From Alphaproteobacteria bacterium (lineage in GTDB: Bacteria; Pseudomonadota; Alphaproteobacteria; Bin95), in contig CAXXWS020000003.1 of the NCBI GenBank assembly GCA_963665325.3, forward strand, positions 800,001 to 864,000: a DNA stretch of 64,000 nt, read 5' to 3'. Below the pieces are notes generated by a model. The model saw nothing but the letters and a program-made list of their open reading frames with translations, was not told where the DNA came from and did no database searches. The position numbers and the translations under genes were made by a program. Position 1 is the stretch's first letter. Each line of letters begins with the position of its first letter. Positions 42,722-52,831 of this stretch are shown here, in pieces.

Positions 42722-43710
42722 TTCCGTTTTCTCCACAGCAGGTAGCCGAAGCTCTCGCCCGAGACCGGCAGCTCGCGCAGCGTCTCCCAGAGCACGGACG
42801 AGCGCCCGGTCGGGTTGCAGCCGGTGCGCGGCGTCGTGGCCGGCACGGGCTGGGTCATCTGCCAGCGGTACTGGCTCTTCTTCATCACCGGCATCGGATA
42901 GCGCCCGCAGAGCGCGGCCGAGCCCGAGGTGCCCCAGGTGAGCCCGGCGCGGTGCAGCCGGTAGACCAGCCGCTGGGCCGCCAGCAGCGACGCCTGCACG
43001 CCGCCGACATGGGCGGCGACGTTGCCGGTCAGCGGATACATCCCGCCCTGGCAGCCGGCGCACCAGAACATGGGATCGAGCGGCAGCCCGACGGAGGAGG
43101 CCGCGCAGTCGGCCGCGCACGCGGCCTGCGCCGGCAGGTTGGCGAACAGCGCGGCTTCCGGGTTGAGCAGGAACGACAGCTCGTCGTCCAGCCAGGCCGG
43201 ATCGAGCTCCGAGGTCCAGGCGATATCCAGGCCGCCCCCTTCGAGGCAGCCGAGATCGAGCAGCGCCCCGATCCAGGACAGCAGCGGATACATGTAATAG
43301 TGCGCGTGCCAGACCGAGCCGGTGGCGCCGTCGCCGCCCGACGACCCCGTGCGCCCCCTTGCGGCCGGCAGCCCCGGATCGACGGTGAGGCCGCCCAGGT
43401 TGGGGAAGCACCAGGGTTTGCGGGTCACGTCCATCAGCCGGGCCGGCTCCCACACGCCGAGCGATATCCCGATCCGGGGAATCGGCGAGCCGCAGAGGCA
43501 GATCGGCGATCCCGGATTCGGCGTGTCCGGCGCGCCCGAAGCGCTGCCCATCCGGATCGGCCCGATCGATATCGGGAACAGGCACTCCCAGCACACGTCC
43601 GAGATCGGGTTGACGAACCGCCCGGTGCAGGCTTGCGCTGTGGCCGGGCCGGACCACAGCACGGCCGCCAGCAGGACCAGCGCCGGCAGCGGAACCACGC
43701 GGCGCATCAT
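42706..43710 (-). CDS. traU: TraU
   Basis: CTGRFVNPISDVCWECLFPI, WEP, FWCAGCQG, LWRKRNCC. Confidence 0.95.
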   Translation of the reverse strand: MMRRVVPLPALVLLAAVLWSGPATAQACTGRFVNPISDVCWECLFPISIGPIRMGSASGAPDTPNPGSPICLCGSPIPRIGISLGVWEPARLMDVTRKPWCFPNLGGLTVDPGLPAARGRTGSSGGDGATGSVWHAHYYMYPLLSWIGALLDLGCLEGGGLDIAWTSELDPAWLDDELSFLLNPEAALFANLPAQAACAADCAASSVGLPLDPMFWCAGCQGGMYPLTGNVAAHVGGVQASLLAAQRLVYRLHRAGLTWGTSGSAALCGRYPMPVMKKSQYRWQMTQPVPATTPRTGCNPTGRSSVLWETLRELPVSGESFGYLLWRKRNCCAL

Positions 43711-44111
43711 GCCTCGGCATCCGGCTCGTCGGCGCCATCCCCGGCATCATGCGTTGCGTCGGCGGACCGCCGGCCCGACAGGATGTTGACGGCGTCCTGC
43801 CGTCGGGAGACGACGATCTCGGTGATCGTCCGGTCGGTCCCTTCCGGATCGCGGAAGGTTCGCGTCGCGATCCGGCCCTCGACCATGACCGCATCGCCTT
43901 TGCGTAGCATCTTCGAGACCGGCTCGACGGCCGGCCCGTAGACCACCACCCGGTGCCACTCGGTCGCCTCGGAAGGCCGGCCCTCGCGGTCGGTCCATTT
44001 CTCGGTGGTGGCGAGCGAGAAGACCGCCGCCTTGCTACCATTCTTCAGGTCGCGGATCTTGGGATCGCGCCCGGCATGGCCCAGCAGCGTCGTCCGGTTC
44101 ATGTTCAGCAT
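43707..44111 (-). CDS. ssb: second SSB, embedded in the tra operon
   Basis: MNRTTLLGHAGRDP, FSLATTEKW, TEWHRVV, VEGRI.TR; no IPF tail. Confidence 0.9.
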   Translation of the reverse strand: MLNMNRTTLLGHAGRDPKIRDLKNGSKAAVFSLATTEKWTDREGRPSEATEWHRVVVYGPAVEPVSKMLRKGDAVMVEGRIATRTFRDPEGTDRTITEIVVSRRQDAVNILSGRRSADATHDAGDGADEPDAEA

Positions 44112-44115
44112 GGTC

Positions 44116-44775
44116 TCAGTCCTTCCCTTCTGTGTTGGGTATCTCCCGGTCCTCGACCGGGATTTCCGCAATGCGGAGCCGCGTCCCGTCCTGCGCGACC
44201 AGGCTCGGCGTGAAACGCAGACCGAAGCGCACGGCGAGGCGTCCGCCCCGGTCGAAGAAGAAAGGCCGGCCGTAACGGCGCATCAGGTCGAGCGGCCGGC
44301 CGGCGAGCAGCACGATCTTCGCGGGACGGTCATGAGAGAGCGCCCAGGCGATTTCGGCCTCGCGCCGGCCGTCGACGAACAGCAGGTCGCGCGCGAGCGC
44401 GATCCGCTCCAACGGATTGACCCGCGTTCCTGCGGCAGCGATGAGCGTGCCGTCGGAGGTTCGGATGTCCCGCGCGACCGTAATGGCGGGATCGATCAAG
44501 CGGCTGCGTTCCCTCGTGGCGGGCGCGATTCCGGGCACCGGGTCCGGTTCCTCCAGCTTTCGCCGGGCATTGGTGAGGGCCTCCTCTTGCAGCCGCGCTA
44601 ACTCGCCCGAACGCTGCATCTCCAGCAATCGCGCCTCGATCTGCGCCAGCAGGTCGGGCTCGGCCACCGGCCAGGTCGCGCCGCGCACGCCGAGATCCTT
44701 CGCGGAAACGGCGCCCGGAAGCGCGGTCGCGAACAATACGGCGGCGGCAAGCGTCGTCGGGAATGGACCCCTCAT
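44116..44775 (-). CDS. traW: TraW
   Basis: DLGVRGATWPVAEPDLL, GTRVNPL, FFFDRGG. Confidence 0.93.
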   Translation of the reverse strand: MRGPFPTTLAAAVLFATALPGAVSAKDLGVRGATWPVAEPDLLAQIEARLLEMQRSGELARLQEEALTNARRKLEEPDPVPGIAPATRERSRLIDPAITVARDIRTSDGTLIAAAGTRVNPLERIALARDLLFVDGRREAEIAWALSHDRPAKIVLLAGRPLDLMRRYGRPFFFDRGGRLAVRFGLRFTPSLVAQDGTRLRIAEIPVEDREIPNTEGKD

Positions 44776-45428
44776 TGCACCGTCTCCAGTCGATCGTCCC
44801 GGGCATTTGCTGCATCTTCCGCCTCCCTGGGCGCCTGTCCCTCGGCTGGATGCGGCAGCACCGTGGCGGCGCCGTCAGGGGACCCGGCATCGTCAGGCCC
44901 TACCAGCGGCCCCTTCAGGCCGAGCCAGGGGATGTCCGGCAGGCGGACGGCGCGTCCGAGGATGCGCCCGCGCGGCACGAGGCCGATCTCCGCGTAGCGG
45001 CTGTCATGGCTGTCCCGGTGATCGGCGTGCAGGTAGAAATGCCCCGGCGGGATGACGCCCGGCGCGATGGCTTGCAGCGACCGCCCGTCGAGCGCGTGCG
45101 TCTTGGCCCGGCCGACCGCCTCGCCGTGCAGAAAGACCGTTCTGTCCTTTCCGACCGAGACGCGCATGCCCGGCACACCGCGCACCGTCTTGAGATACGG
45201 GACTGGGGAATCGAAGGACGGAGCCTGGCCCGGCCCCTGAGGCGGGCGCGGCTCGAACAGCACCCGGTCGCCGATCTCCGGATCCGCGCCGAACAGCGGG
45301 AAGGCGGCATAGCCCCAGGCGCCGTCGGACCAGCTTGCATTGACATGGACGCGCGAGGCTCCGGCGAGCCAGAGCGCCGCCAGCGCCACCATGACCGCCA
45401 GGCCGGCATTGCGGCGCCGCGCGGTCAT
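44772..45428 (-). CDS. S26 family pilin signal peptidase (TrhF-like)
   Basis: NASWS, YLKTVRGVPG, HRDSHDSRY..IGLV. Confidence 0.88.
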   Translation of the reverse strand: MTARRRNAGLAVMVALAALWLAGASRVHVNASWSDGAWGYAAFPLFGADPEIGDRVLFEPRPPQGPGQAPSFDSPVPYLKTVRGVPGMRVSVGKDRTVFLHGEAVGRAKTHALDGRSLQAIAPGVIPPGHFYLHADHRDSHDSRYAEIGLVPRGRILGRAVRLPDIPWLGLKGPLVGPDDAGSPDGAATVLPHPAEGQAPREAEDAANARDDRLETVQ

Positions 45429-45802
45429 GGCCGCGTCCCGCGGTCCGGCGCCGCGGACCCCGCCATGGCCGCGTCCAGCGCCGCCTCGATCCCGGCGGTG
45501 AGGTCCGGCGCGCCCGCCGCGACCGCGCGGGCCGGCAGCAGCACGACCCGGTGACGGTCCGCGGTTTCCCGAAGCGTCCTTTCCAGCGCCGCCGCCCAGG
45601 CCCGGGTCCGCGCCGCGGACGCGTCCGCCGATGCCCCGCTGTCCGCCGCGCGAACGGCCCAGGCCGCGGTCAGCTCGCCCAGCCGCACGGTGGCGATGCC
45701 GGGCGCCGGCGCCGCGCCGAGACGCGTCACGGCGGCCGAGACCGCCGCCGCGACGCCGGCCGCAAGCAGCACGGCCGCGGCGAGAACCCGCAGGTCGCTC
45801 AC
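45425..45802 (-). CDS. trbI: F-type TrbI
   Basis: N-terminal TM segment, ATVRLGEL, VVLLPARAVAAGAPDLT. Confidence 0.8.
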   Translation of the reverse strand: MSDLRVLAAAVLLAAGVAAAVSAAVTRLGAAPAPGIATVRLGELTAAWAVRAADSGASADASAARTRAWAAALERTLRETADRHRVVLLPARAVAAGAPDLTAGIEAALDAAMAGSAAPDRGTRP

Positions 45803-46116
45803 CGCCGGCCTCCCGCGCCCCGCCCGGGACGGTCGCAATCCCCGGGACGGTCGCAACGCCCGCGCGCGGGCATGAAGACGTAGTCGCGCGTCTCGCGGTG
45901 CTTGAACCAGGCGACGCCCGCCTCGTCGTGGAACATGTAGAAGTAGTGGCCGGCCCAGTCGCGGTCGGACGGCCTGCCCGACAGCACCCCGGCGTCGATG
46001 GCGGCGCGGAACACCTCCTCGGCGTCCCGCACGACCCGGATCCGGGGCGGCCGCCGGCGCCGGCGCCCGCCGCCCCGTTCGACCCCTTCGTGGGCGCCAT
46101 GCCGGTCACGCCGCAT
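45799..46116 (-). CDS. hypothetical protein (start uncertain)
   Basis: RDAEEVFRAAIDAGVLS...AGHYFYMFH...FKHRETRDY; fills the operon gap and overlaps both neighbours. Confidence 0.6.
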   Translation of the reverse strand: MRRDRHGAHEGVERGGGRRRRRPPRIRVVRDAEEVFRAAIDAGVLSGRPSDRDWAGHYFYMFHDEAGVAWFKHRETRDYVFMPARGRCDRPGDCDRPGRGAGGRR

Positions 46117-46906
46117 CGCGCTCTCCCGCGCGGTCCACCCGCGCCGCTTGCGTATCTTCCTGTTCCTTCTCCGGTAGGTGCGCGACATCCCCTGTCTCCC
46201 TGTCATGGTCGGTTTCGATCCGTTCGGGCGCCCCGGCGCCGGCGTTTCCCGGCGGGCGGGCGAGCGCCTCGAAGCGTTCCAGCCACAGCGCCGCCGCCCG
46301 GTCCGGCTCCAGCGGCCGGACGCGGCGCTTGAGCGGCGGGAACGCGACCCCCGGCCCGGCGTCGCCGGCGACGGCGAGATCGCGGCGCTCGGCCGCCGCC
46401 GCCATGCGGGCGACGAAGCGCAGCAGTTCGCGATGATCGTCCGCCAGCGCCGGATCGAGCCCGGCCGCCTCGCGCATCGCCCCTTCGATGCGGGCTGCGA
46501 GACGGTTCGCCCGGTCCGCCGCCCGCTGCGATTCCGCCGTCCCGGGACCGGATCGGCCGCCGGGCCGGCCGCCGGACCGGTCCCCGAGCCAGGCGGCGGG
46601 GGCGTCGGCGAGCAGCGCATGCAGCGCCAGCGCCCGGCGGTCCTCCGCGCCGAGCCCGTCGAGCGCCTCGATCTCGGCGCTCACCAGCACCGCGTGCCCG
46701 GCGAGCGAGTGGTAGGCCGCGATCCGCCCGCCATGGCGGCAGATGTTGGCGAGCACCCGGGCGACCGCCCGGAAGTCGATATCGGCGGCCGTCACGGTTT
46801 CCGGGTCGCCGGGCCAGTCGCCGGGCCAGTTCAGGGCAGGGCCCTCCCGCCCGCCTGCCGCCGCGGACCGGTGCGTCCGCGCCCCTCTACGCCTCGTTGC
46901 GCTCAT
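46106..46906 (-). CDS. YfbR/YfdR-like HD phosphohydrolase with a degenerate active site
   Basis: DIDF..VARVLANICRHGG..YHSLAGHAV; ALLADAPAAWLGD where the family has LLHDAxEAYxGD. Confidence 0.75.
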   Translation of the reverse strand: MSATRRRGARTHRSAAAGGREGPALNWPGDWPGDPETVTAADIDFRAVARVLANICRHGGRIAAYHSLAGHAVLVSAEIEALDGLGAEDRRALALHALLADAPAAWLGDRSGGRPGGRSGPGTAESQRAADRANRLAARIEGAMREAAGLDPALADDHRELLRFVARMAAAAERRDLAVAGDAGPGVAFPPLKRRVRPLEPDRAAALWLERFEALARPPGNAGAGAPERIETDHDRETGDVAHLPEKEQEDTQAARVDRAGERDAA

Positions 46907-49580
46907 CCGCGCCTCCTTGTGTTTGTGGTTCGTTCTTCGCCGGGTTCAAGAAAATGCCGCCCGGCGGTTTCGGGGAGCCGCCCGAAGCGCTCCCGGCGGG
47001 CGCACCGCCGGCGGCGATGCGGTCGATCGCCTCGACCGTGGTCAGTCCCTCGGCCTTCAGCGTCTCGACGGCCGCGAAGGCCGGGCCGCGCGAGGAGAAG
47101 AGCGCCACCGACCAGTCATCCAGCACGAGCCGCGCGACCCGCCAGCCGTCGGGACCGTGCAGGACCAGCTCGGCCCAACGCCCGTCGGCGGTCGCGAGGC
47201 TCTTCAAGGCCCGCTCCATGCCGGGGTCGCAGTGGATGCGCTTCTCCTGCTTGAGCAGTTCCACCGACTCGTCCTTCTGGGCGAGGAAGATCACCCAGTC
47301 CGAGTTCTCCCAGGCCGCCCGCGCCGCCGGGTTGGCGTAGTAGTCGTTGACGCTCTGCGTGCCCGTAATCAGCGCGCCGCGGTATTTGCGGGCGCGCCGG
47401 GCGGCGCCTTCAAGAAAGGCGCGGCTGTCCTCGCCCGAGAGCAGGTCCCAGGCCTCGTCGATGACGATCGCCTTCGCCCGCGTGCGCGGGCCGTGATACA
47501 TGCGCTGGGTGGCGAGAAAGACCACCAGCATGAGGACCACGCCCTGGACGTCGCCGCGACCCTTCAGCTCGGCGAGCTCGAACACGGTGAGCGGGTTGTC
47601 GAGCGACGGCGTCTGCGAGCCCTCGAACAGCCGCCCCATGGCGCCGCCCGGGCGCCAGGGGCCGAGCGCGGTCGCCATGTCCTTCGCGCGCCGGTCGTCC
47701 CGGTCCGCGAGACGGCCCTGCACCGTGCCGAGGTCGGCGCCGTTGCCGGCCTCGTCCCAGGCCGCCGCGATGGCCTCGTCGATCAGCGCCGCCTCGATGT
47801 CGTCCATGGTCCCGCGCCGGCGGCACATGCGCCGGACGACGCCGGCCAGCATCGCGAGGCACTCCTCGCGGTAGTCGCCGTCATGGGCGGCGGTCGCCGC
47901 GTCGATCATGGCGAAGGGGTTGAGCCGCGCGGGATCCTTGCCGAAGGCGATGAACTCGCCGCCGAGCGCCTCGGCGGCGTGCTGGAACGAGCGGCCGTCG
48001 TCGATCACCACGGCCTCGCCGCCGGCGCCGACGATGCCGGTCACCAGCTCCTGCATCAGCACAGACTTGCCGGAGCCGGACTTGCCGGTGACCGCGACGT
48101 TGTAGTTGCCGGCCTCGTTGGCGAAGGGCGACCAGCAGGCCGGCTGTCCGCGGCGGCCGACCAGGAACAGGGCGGGCGGGGTGTCGGCCTGCGCCGCGCT
48201 GCCATGCAACCCGCCGTGCAACCCGCCATGGCCGCGCCACTCGCCATGCACCGGCGCCAGATTGACGGCGGACGAGGTCAGCAGCGTCTTCATCCTGCCG
48301 AAGCGCTCGAGGTCGGCGTCGAGCCCGCCGGCCGCCGCCATCGGCAGGCAGGCGAGCCACGACGGCAGCTGGACGTAGCGTTCGGCGGCGACGCGCCAGC
48401 CCTGGCCGTGATAGATCGCGCGCACCGCCTGCTCGGCCTCGTCGATGGCGTCGAGCGGCGCGTAGACACAAGATGTGTAGCAGGCCCGGACCAGCCGCTC
48501 GCCGTCCTTGAGGCGCTCGGTGACGATGCGCCAGTCGCGCGCCTTCTCGGGCAGCCCCGGCAGATAGCGCGCGATGCCGGTGCCGGCCTGCTGGGTCGCG
48601 CGGGCCGATTTCAGGAACGCCTTCTCGCCGGTGGCCGCATCGCCGGTCCGGACCGTCAGCGCGGTCAGCACCGGGCAGCCGGGCTGGAGGAAGTCGCGGT
48701 GGAAGTCGCCGATCAGCGCGTTGCCGCGCCAGCCCGGCCAGACCTCGGGGAAGGCCAGCGCCGAGAGCGCCCGGACCGCCACGTCCGTACCGTCGGGATC
48801 GTGGAACACCAGCCCCGCCGGCGAGACCGAGAGCGCGCGGCCGGGCGCGGCGCACTGGAGGTGGATCGGATCGCGCGGCGACCAGCGCCGGCGCGGGCGC
48901 TCCATGGCTCCGTCTTCGTATTCGGCGCCGCGCTCGCCCGGGATGCGGGGCGCGGCCAGCTCGGCGGCGAGCGCGAGCAGCGCGTCCGGCTCCAGGCGCA
49001 GCGCCGCCGCGCCGGCCGAGGCGAGCGTGCCTTCGAGCGCCCGGCGGAACGCGCCGAGCGCGGTCTCCGAGGCCGGTCCCGGTCCGGCGGAATGCCCGGT
49101 TCCGCCCGCCAGGCAGGCGGTCACGAACACCCGGTAGTCCGAGAGGGTGAAGGGCGGGCCGCCGTCGTGCAGCGGCCGCCAGCCGGCAGGGGCGAAGAGC
49201 GCCCGGCGCCGGCGCGCCATGGTCGCGCGGGCGCCGCCGCCGTCCCGCGCCGCGGCCCAGGCCGCGAGCGGCGCGCCGAAGCGCGGGCTCGCCCAGTGGA
49301 TCACCTGGATGGTGCAATGCTCCGGCGCGGCGTCGGCGAGCGTGCCGGAGAGCGCGCCCAGCGTCTCGGCGTCGATGCCGGCGAACGGCGGCAGCTCGAG
49401 AACGAAGCCGCAGCTTCGCGCGTTGACATAGAGCTCGCTCGCCGGGTCCCAGGCCCGCCACGGCAACAGCTCGTGCAGCGGCGGCGGCATCTCCGGCGGC
49501 GCCCAGGGCGCCAGCGAGTCCGGTCCCGCCATCAGCGCCGTCAGCCGCCCGAACCCGGATCGGGTCGGGGACAGGGTCAC
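46887..49580 (-). CDS. traC: TraC (VirB4) ATPase
   Basis: TGKSGSGKS, IDDGRSF, IDEAWDLL, RRARKY, TGTQS. Confidence 0.95.
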   Translation of the reverse strand: MTLSPTRSGFGRLTALMAGPDSLAPWAPPEMPPPLHELLPWRAWDPASELYVNARSCGFVLELPPFAGIDAETLGALSGTLADAAPEHCTIQVIHWASPRFGAPLAAWAAARDGGGARATMARRRRALFAPAGWRPLHDGGPPFTLSDYRVFVTACLAGGTGHSAGPGPASETALGAFRRALEGTLASAGAAALRLEPDALLALAAELAAPRIPGERGAEYEDGAMERPRRRWSPRDPIHLQCAAPGRALSVSPAGLVFHDPDGTDVAVRALSALAFPEVWPGWRGNALIGDFHRDFLQPGCPVLTALTVRTGDAATGEKAFLKSARATQQAGTGIARYLPGLPEKARDWRIVTERLKDGERLVRACYTSCVYAPLDAIDEAEQAVRAIYHGQGWRVAAERYVQLPSWLACLPMAAAGGLDADLERFGRMKTLLTSSAVNLAPVHGEWRGHGGLHGGLHGSAAQADTPPALFLVGRRGQPACWSPFANEAGNYNVAVTGKSGSGKSVLMQELVTGIVGAGGEAVVIDDGRSFQHAAEALGGEFIAFGKDPARLNPFAMIDAATAAHDGDYREECLAMLAGVVRRMCRRRGTMDDIEAALIDEAIAAAWDEAGNGADLGTVQGRLADRDDRRAKDMATALGPWRPGGAMGRLFEGSQTPSLDNPLTVFELAELKGRGDVQGVVLMLVVFLATQRMYHGPRTRAKAIVIDEAWDLLSGEDSRAFLEGAARRARKYRGALITGTQSVNDYYANPAARAAWENSDWVIFLAQKDESVELLKQEKRIHCDPGMERALKSLATADGRWAELVLHGPDGWRVARLVLDDWSVALFSSRGPAFAAVETLKAEGLTTVEAIDRIAAGGAPAGSASGGSPKPPGGIFLNPAKNEPQTQGGADERNEA

Positions 49581-50164
49581 GGCAGCCTCCAGCGGGCCGG
49601 CGCGATCACCACCCGCACCCAGCCGGCCTCGCGGTAGACGCCGGCGCCGTCGACGAAGGGCGCGATCCAGATGCGCCCGATCACCTCGCCGGTCCGCAGG
49701 CCGCCGACCCCGGAGGCCGGATCGGCCTGTGCCGCCGGATCGGCCGGGGCGACCGGGCCGGAGGCCGCGGGAGCGGCCGCGACGTCCGGCCGGGCGTCCG
49801 GAACCGACCCGTCCGGCGGTTCGTCCGCCGCCTCCGGTTCGTCGGCCGCGAACAGCCCGGCGAGCCAGGAGAACGGGTTGCAGGTTCCGGCGCAGCCGTG
49901 TCCGCCGTCGCCGGCCGCGTCCCGCTCCGCCGCCGCCGCCGCGCGGATCTCGTAGAGCGGTTCGCGGATCGCCACGGTCCGGGCGGGGCCGGGCTTGGCG
50001 ACCGCCGGGTCGGCGCCGGCGACGCTGACGCAGGCCTTGCCCTGGGCCAGCGGGCACTGCCAGTCGCTGCCGACATTGGCGCCGGTGCAGCCCGCCAGCG
50101 CCAGCGCGGCGCCCAGCGCCGCCGCGGCCCGCAGCCGGCCGCATGGTGTCTTCGCTTCGGTCAT
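49577..50164 (-). CDS. traV: TraV lipoprotein
   Basis: Lipobox LAGC, WQC..GKAC, RIWIAPFVD..G. Confidence 0.88.
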   Translation of the reverse strand: MTEAKTPCGRLRAAAALGAALALAGCTGANVGSDWQCPLAQGKACVSVAGADPAVAKPGPARTVAIREPLYEIRAAAAAERDAAGDGGHGCAGTCNPFSWLAGLFAADEPEAADEPPDGSVPDARPDVAAAPAASGPVAPADPAAQADPASGVGGLRTGEVIGRIWIAPFVDGAGVYREAGWVRVVIAPARWRLP

Positions 50165-51420
50165 CTCGATTTCTCCCTGTTCGGACGTTTCGGTTCCGTC
50201 AGCCCGTCCAGGCGGGCGCCTTCAAGGAACACCACGGAGACGCGGGTCCCGGCGCGCAGCTGGATCACCGGCTGGTACTGCTCGGCGCGGCGGATCATGT
50301 AGTCGGCGACCTTCTGCCCGGCGCTCGACGCGCCGGCGCCGAGGCCGGCCCGGCCGATATCGCCGAGACCGGTATTGGCGACCGCGGCGCCGCCGCCGGT
50401 CGCCACCGCCTGCGGCCGGAAGGCGCCGGCGACGCCCTGGCCGACGCCCGAGACCATGCCGGCGAGGAAGGCCTTCTCGACCAGCGCCCCCTCGCGGCTC
50501 ACCACCGGGCCGCGCACGCCCGCCTTGCCGGAGCCGGCGACGAAGCCCGCGACCTCGGTCTCGACCACCGTGTCCGGCGCCTCGCCGGCGCAGGTCATGG
50601 TGCGGAGCCGCACATAGACCTTCTCGGACGAGAGGTCGCCATAGGCGGCGCCGGTGACGGTGCAGCCGGCGAGATCGACCTCGAGCGCGGCGCCGTTGCC
50701 CCGGACGCCGTTGCCATGGAAATCGGTCGCAGCCGCGGTCCAGGCCGGACCGGTGAGCCGCAGCAGCACCGGGCGCGGATCGCCCTGGGACGCGACGCCG
50801 GCCGAGGCGTCGACGCCCGCCAGCACCACGGCCTCGGCATGGCTGCCGGCCGGAAGCCAGCGCCCGAGCGGCTTCGCGCCGCCGGGCGAACCGCTGCGGC
50901 CCGCGTCGTCGAGGTCGAACCGCTCGATCAGCGGCACGGGCGCGAGCTCCGGAACCGGCTTCTTTCCCGAACCGCCGGCGGACGGAGCCGCGGGCGTTGC
51001 CGGGAAGAAGCCGTCTGCCGGCGGCGAAGTCTCCGTAGCCGGCGCCTGCGCCGCCCGGCGGGTCATCTCCTCGATGACCGCGGCCTGACGGTCGATCACC
51101 GCCCGCGCGTCCTCGGCGCCGGCGCGCAGCTGCCGGCGCAGCTTCTCGTTGTCGTCCGCCAGGCGGCGGTTGGCGCCCTCCATCTCGCGCAGCCGCGATT
51201 CGATGCCGCCGATGCGCGATTCCGAACGCCGGATCCAGGTCTCCTCGGCCGTGCCCGGCCCGGCCAGCTCGGCATCGATGGCCGCGCGCGGCACGGGGGG
51301 GCTCCCGCCGCCGGCGCCGATCCAGACCGCGACGCCTGCGAGCGCAACCGCGGCGAGCCCGGAGAACAGCACGAGCTGGTTGCGGCGGTTCTGCCGCGTC
51401 GCCCGGTCTTCCGTGCTCAT
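50161..51420 (-). CDS. traB: TraB (VirB10-like)
   Basis: LPAGSHAEAVVLAGVDA, GDLSSEKVYVR, GKAGVRGPVVSR, RAEQYQPVI. Confidence 0.93.
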   Translation of the reverse strand: MSTEDRATRQNRRNQLVLFSGLAAVALAGVAVWIGAGGGSPPVPRAAIDAELAGPGTAEETWIRRSESRIGGIESRLREMEGANRRLADDNEKLRRQLRAGAEDARAVIDRQAAVIEEMTRRAAQAPATETSPPADGFFPATPAAPSAGGSGKKPVPELAPVPLIERFDLDDAGRSGSPGGAKPLGRWLPAGSHAEAVVLAGVDASAGVASQGDPRPVLLRLTGPAWTAAATDFHGNGVRGNGAALEVDLAGCTVTGAAYGDLSSEKVYVRLRTMTCAGEAPDTVVETEVAGFVAGSGKAGVRGPVVSREGALVEKAFLAGMVSGVGQGVAGAFRPQAVATGGGAAVANTGLGDIGRAGLGAGASSAGQKVADYMIRRAEQYQPVIQLRAGTRVSVVFLEGARLDGLTEPKRPNREKSR

Positions 51421-52271
51421 CGCCGCGCTCCCGCCGTTCCGTGGGCCGCGCCCCTGCCGGCCGCCCCGGACCGGGCATCGCCCGCATGGACGACCACCGC
51501 GATCCGGCCGCCCGACGGGCCGGTGCCCGGCGCCGCGAGCCACGCGGCGGCAACCCCCGCGCCTGCGGCCGCGGCGAGGCCGGCGGCGTCGGCGAAGGCG
51601 TCCGCGCCGACCTCGATCACCCGCGCCGTGAAACGCGGCCCGCGCCAGGTCTCGACGACCGTCATGGCGGCAGGATCGCCGCCCCGTTCGCCGCCCCCGG
51701 TCTCGATGACATGGCCGGGCCGCGGCTCGCGCCGCGCCACCGCGCGCACCAGCGCGGCGAGCGCGCCGATCCGGGCGCCGGACGCCGCCGCTTCGCCGGT
51801 CTCCGCGGACGCCGCGGCGGCCGGGTCGCGGATCAGGATCTGCGCCGAGGCCCGGTCCCTGACCGCCAGCGTCAGCCGGTAGGTGAAGCCCTTCTCGGTG
51901 CCGAGGAACAGCGTCACCGTCCTCTCGGGTCCGGAGAGGCGCCCCTCCGCCACGCCCGGTGCCGCTCCCGGCGCCGCGCCCGCCGCCCCGGCTGCCGCCG
52001 GGACTGCCGGGCGCAGATAGAGATCGCCCCGGGCCGGGTCGTGCTCGACCGCGAAGCCGTCCGGGGCGCGGATCACCCGCGCGATCCGGTCGTCCGCCAG
52101 CGCGATCCGGCTGACCGCCCGGCCCGAGACCTCGGCGCTCAGCTCGCCATGGTCGGTGGCCGGCAGTATCTGCATCGCCGCCGCCGGAGCGGGCGCTCCC
52201 GCGAGCAGCGCCGCGACGGCAAGCGCCGCCGGCCGGCCGGCATGGGGTCTGGTGTGAGACTCGGTGTTCAT
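51417..52271 (-). CDS. traK: TraK
   Basis: Signal peptide, SRIALADDRI, GDLYLRP, TLFLGTEKGFTY; position between traE and traB. Confidence 0.85.
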   Translation of the reverse strand: MNTESHTRPHAGRPAALAVAALLAGAPAPAAAMQILPATDHGELSAEVSGRAVSRIALADDRIARVIRAPDGFAVEHDPARGDLYLRPAVPAAAGAAGAAPGAAPGVAEGRLSGPERTVTLFLGTEKGFTYRLTLAVRDRASAQILIRDPAAAASAETGEAAASGARIGALAALVRAVARREPRPGHVIETGGGERGGDPAAMTVVETWRGPRFTARVIEVGADAFADAAGLAAAAGAGVAAAWLAAPGTGPSGGRIAVVVHAGDARSGAAGRGAAHGTAGARR

Positions 52272-52273
52272 GA

Positions 52274-52825
52274 TCAGTCCTCCAGTTCCTCGAAGCGCAG
52301 CAGCCCGAGTCGGCCGCCGTCGATGCGGAAGGCGAGCCGGTAGCGCTTCTTCTTGCGCGAGGCCTCCTCGCGCCCGATCCAGGTCGCGAGCTCGCCCGAG
52401 ACCACCGCCTCCAGCCCGTCGGGCCCGATCTCGACGTCGCCCGGGTAGAAGGCGGTCGAGAGGTCGCGCCGGGCCATCCTTGCGGCCTCCGCCGCCACCC
52501 AGGCGCCGATCGCGCCACGCGCCGAGGCGTGGCTCATCCGCGCCGCCGCGTCGGCCGCGTGGCCGGCGCTCTCCGGCGTCAGCGTCAGCAGGAGCGAGGC
52601 CGCCGTGCGCGCGGCGTCCTCCAGATAGCGCCGCCCGGCCCGGCTCTCGCCGACCTGCCATTCCGGCCCGCCGGCCGCCGGCACCAGCACCGTCACCCGG
52701 TCCCGGGTGGCGAGCCCGTGCGCCAGCACCAGGTTGGCCGCCATCGCGAGGCCCAGAAACAGCGCCAGCACCGCGCGCGAATCGCGCGCCCGGCGGCGGT
52801 CGGCATCCATCCGTGCGCGTTCCAT
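52274..52825 (-). CDS. traE: TraE
   Basis: TM segment, VTVLVP, YLEDAAR...LTLTP, FYP, GELATWIG. Confidence 0.88.
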   Translation of the reverse strand: MERARMDADRRRARDSRAVLALFLGLAMAANLVLAHGLATRDRVTVLVPAAGGPEWQVGESRAGRRYLEDAARTAASLLLTLTPESAGHAADAAARMSHASARGAIGAWVAAEAARMARRDLSTAFYPGDVEIGPDGLEAVVSGELATWIGREEASRKKKRYRLAFRIDGGRLGLLRFEELED

Positions 52826-52831
52826 CGCCGC

